A stretch of 64,000 bases of DNA from Planctomycetota bacterium (GCA_030635145.1 DAOVZK010000001.1:23381-87380), one strand, 5' to 3'. Counted from the stretch's first letter, positions 7,505 to 17,103 are shown. Numbers and translations: made by a program. The notes: generated by a model not told the origin, from the letters alone.

Positions 7505-10393
7505 ATGCAAATTTCAAAAATCATCACGGGGATCGTTTTGGTTGCTGTTGCGATGGCAGGGACAGGGGGAGTGCAAGCACAAATCTCCAGGCCTGCGACT
7601 CGTCCGGCGGGAACCACACGCCCGACGACAAAACCAACTACGCGCCCAGCGAAAAAAACAAAAACGCTCGAGCAATCTCACAAAGCCTACATGGCCGGAA
7701 AATACCCCGAAGCCGCCGAAGGATATCGCGGGCTACTGAACGACGAGAGCAAGCAAGTCGCAGCTGCGATCGGGTTGGCCGATGTGCTGAAAATTACCGG
7801 GAAGTATTCCGAGGCAATCGAAACCCTGCAAGGCGTCGCCGACAAGGGAAAGCAAAACCCCGCTTGGTACCCCGCTATCATCGATGCGCTGACCTACGTC
7901 GGAAAATACACCGAGGCGTTGCAGTATTGCGACGCGGGGCTGAAACTCCCCGCCGCCGACTGCGCCATCACCGCCGAGCTGATTTACCTTCGCGGACGAT
8001 TGCTGGAGACCTTCGGGCGTGACGAAGAAGCTCGCGAAAACTATCGCAAGGTCGAAACCATCATCGACGCCGGGAAGTATCGCAAAAACGCGGCGGCGTT
8101 GGTGGCGATCGGAAAAATCCTCGACCGCTACGCCGTTTTGTCGGGGCGGAAGGCATCGGATCAGGCACCGAACATTTTGCACAACTATTTTCAGGAAGCG
8201 TACCTTAAGGTGGCCCCGGATTATTGGCCCGCAAACGTGGCTGCTGCGAAACTGCTGCTGGAAAAACATAATGCACGGGCAGCGGTTCAGGAACTTCGAC
8301 TCGCGATGAAGCTGAATCCGAAAATCCCCGACGTGTATGCCGGGCTTGGTGTGGCGGAGCTACATCGCTGGAGGTTCAAAAAATGCCTCGCCAACGCGAA
8401 CAAAGCGTTGCGAATCAATCCGCATCACGCCAGTTCGCTCTATCTCAAAGCCGTCTGCTATATGCAGTGGCGGAAGTTCCACAAAGTACCCCCGCTGCTG
8501 GAAAAAATACTCGAAACGAATCCCAACAGTATCGAGGCGCTTTCGTTGCTGGCGGCGGCGCATATTCGAATGTTCGAGCCAGAAAAGGCCACCCCGTTTA
8601 TCGAGCGTGTGGGGAAGATCGATCCGAACTGCGAGGACTTACCGCTGACGATTGGTGTGTGGTTGGTTTCGGGGCGGCAGTTTGCGGAGGCGGAGGCGTA
8701 TCTCAAGCGTGCGGTGGAGCTGGCGCCGAAAAAGGCAGGACCCATCGCGGCGCTGGGGACGATGTACATGCAGACCGGCCAGGAGGTCGAAGCGCGAAAG
8801 GCACTGGAGACGGCCCACAAGCTCGACGATTTTCGCAAGGATGTCGCACACTATCTCACCGTCGCCAAAGCCCTCGAAAAATTCGCTGTCAAAGAAACCG
8901 AACATTTCATCGTGAAGGTCGACAAAGAGCACGACCTGGTTTTGCTCGATCAGGTCAGCGACTACATGGAGAGCATTTATCCCGAAGTCACGGGCGACTA
9001 CGGTTTTGAACCGACGCAAAAGACGATCGTCGAGATTCTGCCGTTTCAGAAGGATTTTTCCGCACGAATTTCCGGCCGCGCGTGGTTACCGACCGTCGGT
9101 GCGTGTACCGGGCGAGTGATTGCCATTACCGCGCCGAACCGGACACGCGGAGTTTTGGGGCTACACAACTGGGCGCAGGTGTTGCGGCACGAGTTTGCAC
9201 ACACCGTGACACTGGGGGCGACAAATAATCGGATTCCGCACTGGTTTACCGAGGCGTGTGCGGTGTGGCAGCAGAAAGACAAGCGTGCGTTTCACTACAT
9301 GAAAACGCTCGCCGACGCCACGCACAAAAAACGGCTGTTTCCCGTCAACAAAATCGACTGGGGGTTCATTACCCCAAAAAAACGCGGAGATCGGAAACTG
9401 GCCTACGCGCAATCCGAATGGATGATGGACTACATAATCCGCACCTACGGATTCGAGACGATTCCCAAAATGCTCCAGGCCTTCGCCGAGGGCAAAACGC
9501 AAAAGCAGGTCTTCAAAGAGGTCGTCGGTGTCAGCGAAAAGCAGTTCGACAAAGATTTTCGCAAGTGGGCAGCTGCGACCGTTAAAAAGTGGGGCATCGA
9601 AAACCCCGACGAAACGAAACCCAAGGGCGGCGTGCTTGGTGGGATTTTCGGGGGAAAGAAAAAACCAAACCCCGCGAAGGTCGCCGCCAAAAAGGCCAAG
9701 GAGCTACTTGGTAAGCGTAAGTTCAAGCAGGCAAGGGGGCAGGCAGCAAAGGCACTCAAAACCGATCCGAAAAATCAGACCGCCCTTCGAGTACTTTCGC
9801 AATGTTACCTGCACGACAAACGCTGGGCCGACGCTATCGCTGCGATGGAAACGCTCCGCGATGCACACCCGTTCGACTCGTTTAGCTACTCGCATCTGGC
9901 GAAAATTTACGTGCAGCTGGGCCAACCCGAAAAGGCCTTGCCGAACCTCATCTACCTGCATCGCCATACCATGAACGACCCCAAATACGCGCGCCAGATC
10001 GCCGAGACGTATCGCTCGCTAAAACAATATGACTCCGCCGCCAAGTATTTTCGCGAGGTTATCTACATCAATCCGTATGAAACCTCGGCGACGGAGGCGT
10101 TGGCGGGGATCTATCTAAAGATGAAAAAATATGACCAGGCCCGAGCGGCGGCAAAAAATCTGACGCTGTTGGAAGACGACTCGGCACGCAGCTGGAACTA
10201 TCTCGCCATGGTTCGATACAGAATTGCACTCGCGACGAAAAATATCGACGAACTACACCAAGCCCGCGAAGATGCCGAAAAGGCACAAAAGCTGGATCCC
10301 AAAGGCAGAGCTATCCAAATTTTGCAATATATTGACGCAGCGATCAAAAAAATGCAAAATGATCCCACCGCAACATCAGCGGATGATTCGTAA
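7505..10393 (+). CDS. Secreted TPR protein with central peptidase MA-like (gluzincin) domain
   Basis: Signal peptide ending VQA, TPR arrays on both sides of VLRHEFAH...PHWFTEACA and AYAQS motifs. Confidence 0.85.
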   Translation: MQISKIITGIVLVAVAMAGTGGVQAQISRPATRPAGTTRPTTKPTTRPAKKTKTLEQSHKAYMAGKYPEAAEGYRGLLNDESKQVAAAIGLADVLKITGKYSEAIETLQGVADKGKQNPAWYPAIIDALTYVGKYTEALQYCDAGLKLPAADCAITAELIYLRGRLLETFGRDEEARENYRKVETIIDAGKYRKNAAALVAIGKILDRYAVLSGRKASDQAPNILHNYFQEAYLKVAPDYWPANVAAAKLLLEKHNARAAVQELRLAMKLNPKIPDVYAGLGVAELHRWRFKKCLANANKALRINPHHASSLYLKAVCYMQWRKFHKVPPLLEKILETNPNSIEALSLLAAAHIRMFEPEKATPFIERVGKIDPNCEDLPLTIGVWLVSGRQFAEAEAYLKRAVELAPKKAGPIAALGTMYMQTGQEVEARKALETAHKLDDFRKDVAHYLTVAKALEKFAVKETEHFIVKVDKEHDLVLLDQVSDYMESIYPEVTGDYGFEPTQKTIVEILPFQKDFSARISGRAWLPTVGACTGRVIAITAPNRTRGVLGLHNWAQVLRHEFAHTVTLGATNNRIPHWFTEACAVWQQKDKRAFHYMKTLADATHKKRLFPVNKIDWGFITPKKRGDRKLAYAQSEWMMDYIIRTYGFETIPKMLQAFAEGKTQKQVFKEVVGVSEKQFDKDFRKWAAATVKKWGIENPDETKPKGGVLGGIFGGKKKPNPAKVAAKKAKELLGKRKFKQARGQAAKALKTDPKNQTALRVLSQCYLHDKRWADAIAAMETLRDAHPFDSFSYSHLAKIYVQLGQPEKALPNLIYLHRHTMNDPKYARQIAETYRSLKQYDSAAKYFREVIYINPYETSATEALAGIYLKMKKYDQARAAAKNLTLLEDDSARSWNYLAMVRYRIALATKNIDELHQAREDAEKAQKLDPKGRAIQILQYIDAAIKKMQNDPTATSADDS

Positions 10394-10426
10394 GAAATAG
10401 AAAAATATACAAAGGTTCAACCCAAA

Positions 10427-10699
10427 ATGACCGTACCCACAATCAAAGAATTCCAGGATTTCATTCACGAGAAGTACTACCCCACCGACTCGAAACGCGG
10501 AACACCCGGAACGTTTATGTGGTTTATCGAAGAAGTCGGCGAACTGGCAACGGCACTGGCCAGCAACGATCAGGCAAACAAAGAAGAAGAATTCGCCGAT
10601 GTCTTCGCATGGTTATGCACGCTGGCGAATATCAACGACGTTGACCTGTCCAAGGCAGTCGAAAAATACACCGCCGGGCAAATCAAAGGTTTTAAATAA
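10427..10699 (+). CDS. MazG-like nucleotide pyrophosphohydrolase
   Basis: EEVGELA...EEFADV acidic motif in a single ~90-aa domain. Confidence 0.9.
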   Translation: MTVPTIKEFQDFIHEKYYPTDSKRGTPGTFMWFIEEVGELATALASNDQANKEEEFADVFAWLCTLANINDVDLSKAVEKYTAGQIKGFK

Positions 10700-10771
10700 C
10701 GTGGATTTGAGACACCGAACATCAAGCGGGTGAAATAACGCGCATCTGAGACACCGAACATCACGGGGGTG
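10694..10771. repeat. Tandem 39-bp duplication
   Basis: 10694-10732 and 10733-10771, 34/39 identical, core TGAGACACCGAACATCA. Confidence 0.85.
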
Positions 10772-10831
10772 GCATTGGTCAACCCGCAGGGATGGCCATG
10801 ATTATTTGTTTCCGTCGCCCCGGCAGGGCCG

Positions 10832-10916
10832 GTCATTGCGAGCCGACCGAAGGGAGGCGCGGCAATCTCCTATTCGGCCGCTTAGATTGCCGCGTCGCTG
10901 CGCTCCTCGCAATGAC
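10832..10916. repeat. Palindromic GTCATTGCGAG...CTCGCAATGAC element (CGTC/RPE-like REP)
   Basis: 11-bp terminal inverted repeat plus inner CGCGGCAATCT/AGATTGCCGCG stem. Confidence 0.8.
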
Positions 10917-11027
10917 ACCACCGCGGGATTCGGGCAACACTCCCCGTCCTGAATTTAATTGCATAAAGCCCTGCAGGAGTGTAATCTATAAACCTCACAG
11001 CCGCGAACATAACGAAAGGATGATGTA

Positions 11028-11420
11028 ATGCGAATTGATACACAGTTTTCCATATTTCTGGTCAACCGCCCCGGCGTTCTCGCCAAGGTAACTAACGCAC
11101 TGTCGAAGGCTGGGGTGATGATCTTTGCTCTGTCGCTTAGCGATTCCGGCGAGCATGGGGTGTTGCGAATTGTAACCACCGATCCCGAGCTGACTCGCAA
11201 GGTACTCAACGAAGCCCACGACCGCTGGACGGAAACCGAAATTCTCGTCGTTCCCATGAGCAACGAAACCGGCACATTCGCGGTGCTTATCAATAAACTC
11301 GCCGCCGCCAAAATCAACGTCAGCTACGTTTACTGCACAGCACCCGAGTCGGGCGGAACCACAAACGCCATCGTGAAACTCACCGACCCCGCATCGGCAC
11401 TGAACCTGCTGAACAAATAG
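11028..11420 (+). CDS. Tandem ACT-domain protein
   Basis: QFSIFLVNRPGVLA and second ACT unit (NETGTFA...INVSYVY). Confidence 0.88.
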   Translation: MRIDTQFSIFLVNRPGVLAKVTNALSKAGVMIFALSLSDSGEHGVLRIVTTDPELTRKVLNEAHDRWTETEILVVPMSNETGTFAVLINKLAAAKINVSYVYCTAPESGGTTNAIVKLTDPASALNLLNK

Positions 11421-11426
11421 TTTTTA

Positions 11427-11535
11427 AGTTTTCAGTTATCAGTAGTCAGTAAGAAATTAAGAAATGTTCGGCCATGCAATGATTTGGCGTTTTTTCCTTC
11501 TCTTACTGATGTCTGAAAACTGACAACTGATAACT
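11427..11535. repeat. Inverted heptamer-repeat array (AGTTWTC / GAWAACT)
   Basis: AGTTTTC-AGTTATC-AGTAGTC-AGTAAGA ... TCTTACT-GATGTCT-GAAAACT-GACAACT-GATAACT. Confidence 0.7.
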
Positions 11536-11753
11536 TCTTCAGGCATCGTTTTTTTCGCCAAAATTAGCGGAATTGCCTTATAATCAGGGGCACGTATACA
11601 ATTTACGGACCGATGACAAAAATCGTTCGTCAAGTCGCGTGATTTGGCAGGCGGTCTTCGTCATGGGCCCGGCAGTTAAGTTGTCTGGAGTCCTCGGGCT
11701 TGCGGTTTTCGAATCGAAGGAGCCTGGAACTCGGCAGCTGATGGAGAATGATA

Positions 11754-12497
11754 ATGGCAAGTTCGACTGTCGAGCAATGCGAAGAAATTATTGGGTACAC
11801 GTTCAAGGATAAGGGGATTCTCGAAAAGGCACTGACGCATTCGTCGGCTGCGCCCACCAGATTGGACAGCAACGAGCGGCTGGAATTTCTTGGCGATTCG
11901 GTTTTGGGGTTGAGCGTTTGCGCATTTTTGTTCACCGAGCACGAATCGCTCGGCGAAGGGGAAATGACAAAGATCAAATCGTCCGTCGTTTCGCGAAAAA
12001 CCTGCGCAGTGGTCATCCGCAAGATGGACGTCTACGATCTGTTGTCGCTCAGCGGAGAGATGGCTGACCCCGACCGCGTTCCCGAATCGGTTCTCGCCGC
12101 CGTCTTCGAGGCACTCATCGGTGCGATCTATGTCGACGGTGGATTCGCCCCCGCCGACGCGTTTGTCGTCCGAACAGTCGCGCCGTTTATCGAAGAAGCG
12201 CTCGCCACCAGCCATCAGCAAAATTACAAATCGCTTTTGCAGCAGTATGCCCAGCGCGTGGTAATGGAAACGCCCGAGTATCTCATGCTCGACGAGCAAG
12301 GCCCGGATCACTCGAAGTGTTTCGAGGTTGCCGTTTCGCTTGGAGGTAAAACTTATCCAAGTGCGTGGGGCAAAAACAAAAAAGAAGCCGAGCAAGCCGC
12401 CGCCAAACTCACCGTGCAAAAGCTTGGGCTGCTCAAAGACGAAATGCCCCGCGAAATTTTCGCCGAAGATGACGAAGACGCAGACTCGCAAGATTAA
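11754..12497 (+). CDS. rnc: Ribonuclease III
   Basis: ALTHSS, NERLEFLGD signature, FEALIGAIY, dsRBD (NYKSLLQ...KKEAEQAAA); GGAG RBS favours ATG 11754. Confidence 0.96.
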   Translation: MASSTVEQCEEIIGYTFKDKGILEKALTHSSAAPTRLDSNERLEFLGDSVLGLSVCAFLFTEHESLGEGEMTKIKSSVVSRKTCAVVIRKMDVYDLLSLSGEMADPDRVPESVLAAVFEALIGAIYVDGGFAPADAFVVRTVAPFIEEALATSHQQNYKSLLQQYAQRVVMETPEYLMLDEQGPDHSKCFEVAVSLGGKTYPSAWGKNKKEAEQAAAKLTVQKLGLLKDEMPREIFAEDDEDADSQD

Positions 12498-12756
12498 CGC
12501 AAGCAACTCTCAATTCACCGCATCTGGCCCCTCGACGATATTGCATTTCGCGACCTCGTCGCCTCGCCTCAGCCAAAATCCGCGACCATTTAGCCCTGAA
12601 GTAAAAAAAAATTTGGTGGATAAGGTGTGCAAAACCTTATTAGCTCTTTGTTTATGGTGAGTTAAGCAATTCGCCGACTCGCCCGGGTTTTGGTAAAAAA
12701 CTGGCGGTTTTTCTTGCAGTTAGCCGATACTCTTTCTAGAGTAGGAGACTAGTAAA

Positions 12757-13368
12757 TTGTCCAATACCGCTACGATTTTGATTGAATCTGGGAATGAGAT
12801 GTTTGACGCAACCAGGACAACCAGGGTATTGGGTGCGTTGCTGGTTTCGATGACTCTCGGGGCATTGCTGCTTATGCTCATGGAATCGGATCCCCCGCGC
12901 CCAAGTCAGAGCGACCGTGCTTCAATAGCAGGGAGCGTTCTCGGTCAGCATGCTTCGGTTTCACGCAAGTGGCGCCGCGTAATCATTCACTCCGCAGCAG
13001 ATTCAAACAGTAATCTTCCGGCTCGATGCCATTTCGTTATCGAGCCCAAGGCAGACTCGCAGGGTTTGGGCGTTCGCTCTACGGAATTGTGGAAGCGGCA
13101 GAAGCCCGGTTACCACGCACTCGTAGCTGCCGACCGCGACTACAACGCAGACAGCATCGGAATCTGCCTCGTCGGTGACTTCTCGAAGAACCAGCTATCG
13201 CAAGGTCAGTTCGATGCCCTTGTTGCCCTCGTTCGCGATCTGCAACGATCCTGCACCATCGACGGGGACAGCGTTTATCTCTACTCCCAGCTCGACGCAC
13301 AGTCCGGTTCCCCGGGCCGTAATTTCCCCGTTGCCGACTTCGACGCATCACTGCTGCAAGTCAACTGA
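12757..13368 (+). CDS. Membrane-anchored Amidase_2/PGRP-like protein, probably non-catalytic
   Basis: N-terminal TM helix, KWRRVIIHS, HFVI, NADSIGICLVGDF, SPGRNFP; alternative start 12799. Confidence 0.75.
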   Translation: MSNTATILIESGNEMFDATRTTRVLGALLVSMTLGALLLMLMESDPPRPSQSDRASIAGSVLGQHASVSRKWRRVIIHSAADSNSNLPARCHFVIEPKADSQGLGVRSTELWKRQKPGYHALVAADRDYNADSIGICLVGDFSKNQLSQGQFDALVALVRDLQRSCTIDGDSVYLYSQLDAQSGSPGRNFPVADFDASLLQVN

Positions 13369-13590
13369 TCACACCGGCGGCCCTGCTGGGCGCACTGATC
13401 CAACCTCACTTTTTTCCGCCCCTTCATTTGCTGCACGCAATTTCGTTTCACCATTTTGCCTTCCGGGTTTGTGCGCGCGTAAAAAACGACGTAACGAACA
13501 TTTCTTTCGCAAATCTTTTGCAAAAAATATTCGCCACGCCGCGTTTGTTTTTCAATTTTTGCTCTCTGTCATGCCCGACTCGATCGGGCC

Positions 13591-13622
13591 GGTGCCGTGG
13601 TTGCGGTGTTCGCAACCACGTT
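13591..13622. repeat. GGTGCCGTGGTTGC hairpin repeat, copy 1
   Basis: 30/32 identical to the reverse complement of 30291-30322; hairpin CGTGGTTGCG...CGCAACCACG. Confidence 0.8.
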
Positions 13623-13639
13623 TTGTACCACAGTCATTT

Positions 13640-16117
13640 CTACAGCCCTACCGTGCTTCGTCGCATGAGGTCAGCGGCATCGCATTCTCTGCTCGGGGTG
13701 TACCCGTTGAGAGGCAGGATGTATTCGTTGACGGCGTCGAGGAAGTCGGCCGGCTGCGGGAAGAACGCGTCTTCCAATTCGTCGGCTGGGGTAATCCAGT
13801 TGCGGGCACCGATGACAACCGGCGGTGCGTCGAGTTCGTCGAACGCCAGCTGCGTAATCTTCGCCGCCATCGTCTGCACGAAGCTTCCGCGTTCGCACGC
13901 GTCGCTGGCGAGGATAATCTTGCGGGTCTTGGCGACCGATTCGATAACCTTTTCGTAGTTAAACGGCACGATAGAGCGGGCGTCGATAATTTCGCACGAC
14001 AGTCCGAATTTTTCCTGCAGTTCGTCGGCCGCTTCGATTGCACGATACAGCGTCGCACCGATCGTCAGAATCGTCAGGTCGGTTCCTTCGCGACGGATGG
14101 CCGGTTCGCCGAACGGTACTTCGTAGAAGCCTTCGGGTACGCCGCCGGGTTCAAAAATTTCCGGCTGATCGTACAACCGCTGCGACTCGAAGAACATCAC
14201 CGGGTCGGTCGACACGAGCGATGCGTTCAGCAGGCCCTTGGCGTCGTAGGGCGTTGCCGGGAACACAACTTTCAGCCCCGGAATATGTGCCGGAATCGTC
14301 GTCCAGTCTTGCGAGTGCTGTGCCCCGTACTTGCTGCCGACAGAAACGCGGAGCGTCACGGGCATTTTCAAAAGTCCGCCCGACATGCTCTGCCATTTGC
14401 TGAGCTGGTTGAAGATTTCGTCGCCGGCTCGGCCCATAAAGTCACAGTACATCAGCTCGGCCATTACGCGGCCGCCTTCGAGTGCGTATCCGCAAGCGGT
14501 TCCGGCGATGGCGGCTTCGGCGATGGGCGAGTTGAACAGGCGATGATACGGCAGTGCTTCGGTCAAACCGCGATACACCCCAAACGCCCCGCCCCAGTCG
14601 CGGTTTTCTTCACCGTAGGCAACGAGCGTTGGGTCGCGATAAAATGCGTCGAGCGTGGCTTCGAACAGTGCGTCACGCACGACGATGCATTTGCTTTTCG
14701 GCAGCGGTGCGCCGTTGGCGTCCAGGCCGCTTCTGCTACGTTTGGCAAGCTGCTTTACGCGCGGGTTTTCTTCCTTCGTCATCAAAACTTCAGGTTCCCG
14801 CGTGGTGTCCATCGACTCGACTCTCTCGTCGGAGAAGATGATATTTTCCAGCGTATTACCGACGGACTTAATTTCCGGCCGCGGTGAAATTTCGAGATCG
14901 GTTGCCTTCTTGCAGGCCTTGACCATCGTGACGATAATCTGCTGCTGCATCGCGTCGATGTCGCCCTGCGTGCAAACCTTGGCGGCGATCAGCGAGTCGG
15001 CGAAGGTTTTGATCGGGTCGACTTCCTGCCATGCCGAAACTTCTTCCTTCGTGCGATAGCTGCTTGCGTCGGATGGCGAGTGACCGCAGAAACGATACGT
15101 CAGCGTGTCGAGCAAAACCGGCCCGTCGCCGGCTTCGATGATTTTCTTCTTTCGGCCGATACCGTCGATGACGGCAAGCGGGTTGAAACCGTCGAGACGT
15201 TCGGCGTGCATCTGCTCGGGGTTCATTCCCGCACCAATGCGTGCCAGCACGTCGTAGCCCATCGTCTCGCCATCGGTCTGGCCGCCCATGCCGTAGAAGT
15301 TGTTGAAGAAATTCAGAATCAACGGCAGTCCGCCGCGATGTGCTTCGTCCCACAGCTGCTTGTACTGGTCCATCGTCGCGAAGCAAAGCCCTTCCCAAAC
15401 CGGCCCGCAAGCTGCCGACGCGTCGCCGATGTTGCCGATCACGATGCCGGACTTTTTGTTGACGTGTTTGAACAACGCCGCACCGACGGAAATGTCACCC
15501 GACCCCCCGACAATGGCGTTGTTGGGGTAGATTCCGAACGGCGGAAAGAATGCGTGCATCGAACCACCGAAGCCCTTGTTGAACCCAGTCTCACGGCCGA
15601 AGATTTCGGCAAGTGCCCCATAAATCAGATAATCAATCGCCAGCGACTTTGTGTCGCCGTCGGCGTCGGCCTCTACAACTTTCAGGCACGCCCCGCCGAA
15701 GTAATTTTTCATGACGCCCATCAGCGTATCGTCGTCGAGCTTCTGAATCGCCGACAAACCCTTGGCGAGAATCTCACCGTGCGAGCGATGCGAACCGTAG
15801 ATGTGGTCGTCGGTTCCCAGCAGGTACGCTTGCCCGACGGCCGAGGCTTCCTGACCCAGCGACAGGTGGGCCGGGCCGCGGTGATTGTACTCCACCCCGC
15901 CGTAACTTCCGACTTTCTTGATCGAGTCGAGCATCGACTCGAATTCGCGAATAATCATCATGTCACGCTGGATGCGAATGAGGTCTTCTTTGGAAAAACG
16001 ACCCGCCTTGAGTTCGTCACCGACGGTTTTATTGTACTGGTTGACCGGGATCGATTTGAAATCGACCTTACCCGGTTTACGTGCTTCTTTGGGATCAACA
16101 TGTTGCAGCTTAGGCAT
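13640..16117 (-). CDS. Fused E1 alpha/beta ThDP-dependent 2-oxoacid/acetoin dehydrogenase-like subunit
   Basis: Alpha: [21 protein letters not shown]...[12 protein letters not shown]. Beta: [30 protein letters not shown]. Confidence 0.9.
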   Translation of the reverse strand: MPKLQHVDPKEARKPGKVDFKSIPVNQYNKTVGDELKAGRFSKEDLIRIQRDMMIIREFESMLDSIKKVGSYGGVEYNHRGPAHLSLGQEASAVGQAYLLGTDDHIYGSHRSHGEILAKGLSAIQKLDDDTLMGVMKNYFGGACLKVVEADADGDTKSLAIDYLIYGALAEIFGRETGFNKGFGGSMHAFFPPFGIYPNNAIVGGSGDISVGAALFKHVNKKSGIVIGNIGDASAACGPVWEGLCFATMDQYKQLWDEAHRGGLPLILNFFNNFYGMGGQTDGETMGYDVLARIGAGMNPEQMHAERLDGFNPLAVIDGIGRKKKIIEAGDGPVLLDTLTYRFCGHSPSDASSYRTKEEVSAWQEVDPIKTFADSLIAAKVCTQGDIDAMQQQIIVTMVKACKKATDLEISPRPEIKSVGNTLENIIFSDERVESMDTTREPEVLMTKEENPRVKQLAKRSRSGLDANGAPLPKSKCIVVRDALFEATLDAFYRDPTLVAYGEENRDWGGAFGVYRGLTEALPYHRLFNSPIAEAAIAGTACGYALEGGRVMAELMYCDFMGRAGDEIFNQLSKWQSMSGGLLKMPVTLRVSVGSKYGAQHSQDWTTIPAHIPGLKVVFPATPYDAKGLLNASLVSTDPVMFFESQRLYDQPEIFEPGGVPEGFYEVPFGEPAIRREGTDLTILTIGATLYRAIEAADELQEKFGLSCEIIDARSIVPFNYEKVIESVAKTRKIILASDACERGSFVQTMAAKITQLAFDELDAPPVVIGARNWITPADELEDAFFPQPADFLDAVNEYILPLNGYTPSRECDAADLMRRSTVGL

Positions 16118-16169
16118 CTGAAAAAACTCCTGTGTTCAAAAAACGGTTTTGTGTTCGTTAAAGTTTCGA

Positions 16170-16979
16170 TTAATTCGTCGTTACGTTCGAGGCTTCCTCC
16201 GCGCAGGAGAGATCCTGGTCTTTCGGATAGACGACCTTTATTTGGAGCCCCTTAAGAAAACGCATCCATTCATCCGACGGACGCTGATCGGTAATAATTT
16301 TGGAAATCGCTTCAAACCCATCGATCTTAAACAGTGAGGGGTTGAGAAATTTACTGTGGTCGGCCAGCAGTATGCTTTCGCGCGAGTTGGCGATGGCCTT
16401 GCGGTAAACGTACGCGCTTTCGATGTCATTTGCCGTCGGGCCAAAGTCCATGCTCAATCCGTCAGTGCCAACAAACGCGGTGAACCCGCGCAGCTGATCG
16501 AGGGCAGCAATCGTCATCGGGCCAACCGTGTCCATCCGCTCGGGACGGTACTGCCCCCCGAGCAAAATCACGTTCAGGTCAGCCGACTCTAATTCCAACG
16601 CCAACCGCGCCGAGTTTACGATAATCGAAACCGACCGCTTGGACTGAATGTACGGAGCCATCTGAAAGCAGGTCGTCCCCGAGTCGAGAAAAATCAGATC
16701 CCCGTCGTTAACGCAATCGGCTGCGAGCTGCCCGACGATACGTTTGGCTTCGACATTTCGCATGCCCTTGGAGTGGAAAGAAAAATCACCCTTATGCGGC
16801 AGGGTCGCCCCGCCGTGAACCAGCTCGACTTTACCGTAGCGGGCAAGATCCTGCAAGTCGCGCCGGGCCGTCGCCTCGGATATCTCCAAAGACACCGCCA
16901 TCTCCCGGATGCTCACTCGGCCCAGCCGATAAACATCCGCCAGAATCGCCTGACGCCGTTGTTTTGTTGATTTTCCCAT
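16170..16979 (-). CDS. DeoR/GlpR-family transcriptional regulator
   Basis: HTH ISEATARRDL, HGGA, IFLDSGTT, LLGG, LADHSKF. Confidence 0.95.
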   Translation of the reverse strand: MGKSTKQRRQAILADVYRLGRVSIREMAVSLEISEATARRDLQDLARYGKVELVHGGATLPHKGDFSFHSKGMRNVEAKRIVGQLAADCVNDGDLIFLDSGTTCFQMAPYIQSKRSVSIIVNSARLALELESADLNVILLGGQYRPERMDTVGPMTIAALDQLRGFTAFVGTDGLSMDFGPTANDIESAYVYRKAIANSRESILLADHSKFLNPSLFKIDGFEAISKIITDQRPSDEWMRFLKGLQIKVVYPKDQDLSCAEEASNVTTN

Positions 16980-17049
16980 ATTTCCAGTCACCTATACCTA
17001 CCAGTAAACAATATCTTTGCGGATAAAGCAATATAAATTAGCAAAAAAA

Positions 17050-17103
17050 TTGCAATATATTGCAACTAATCAACTTGACTTTTGCAAAAAAGTTACTTAT
17101 CCT
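17050..17103 (+). promoter_or_regulatory. Candidate operator and sigma70 promoter of the E2-E3-dehydrogenase operon
   Basis: Perfect palindrome TTGCAATATATTGCAA (17050-17065); TTGACT(17075)-17 bp-TATCCT(17098). Confidence 0.6.

Noticed and set aside
10694-10771. Possible mini-CRISPR
   Set aside because: Only two directly abutting units with no spacer, and no cas genes.
11590-11750. Structured rnc leader or ncRNA
   Set aside because: Only weak G-U-rich pairing is visible by eye; cannot be supported without folding and covariation analysis.
12700-12735. Sigma28 promoter from GCCGATA-like boxes (also ~25755)
   Set aside because: No TAAA-like -35 element at the expected spacing.
13175-16255. 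Long plus-strand ORFs (570 aa at 13175, 391 aa at 15080) and similar ones opposite lpdA, MDR and fucI
   Set aside because: Antisense shadows of well-supported genes in GC-rich DNA; no motifs or RBS.
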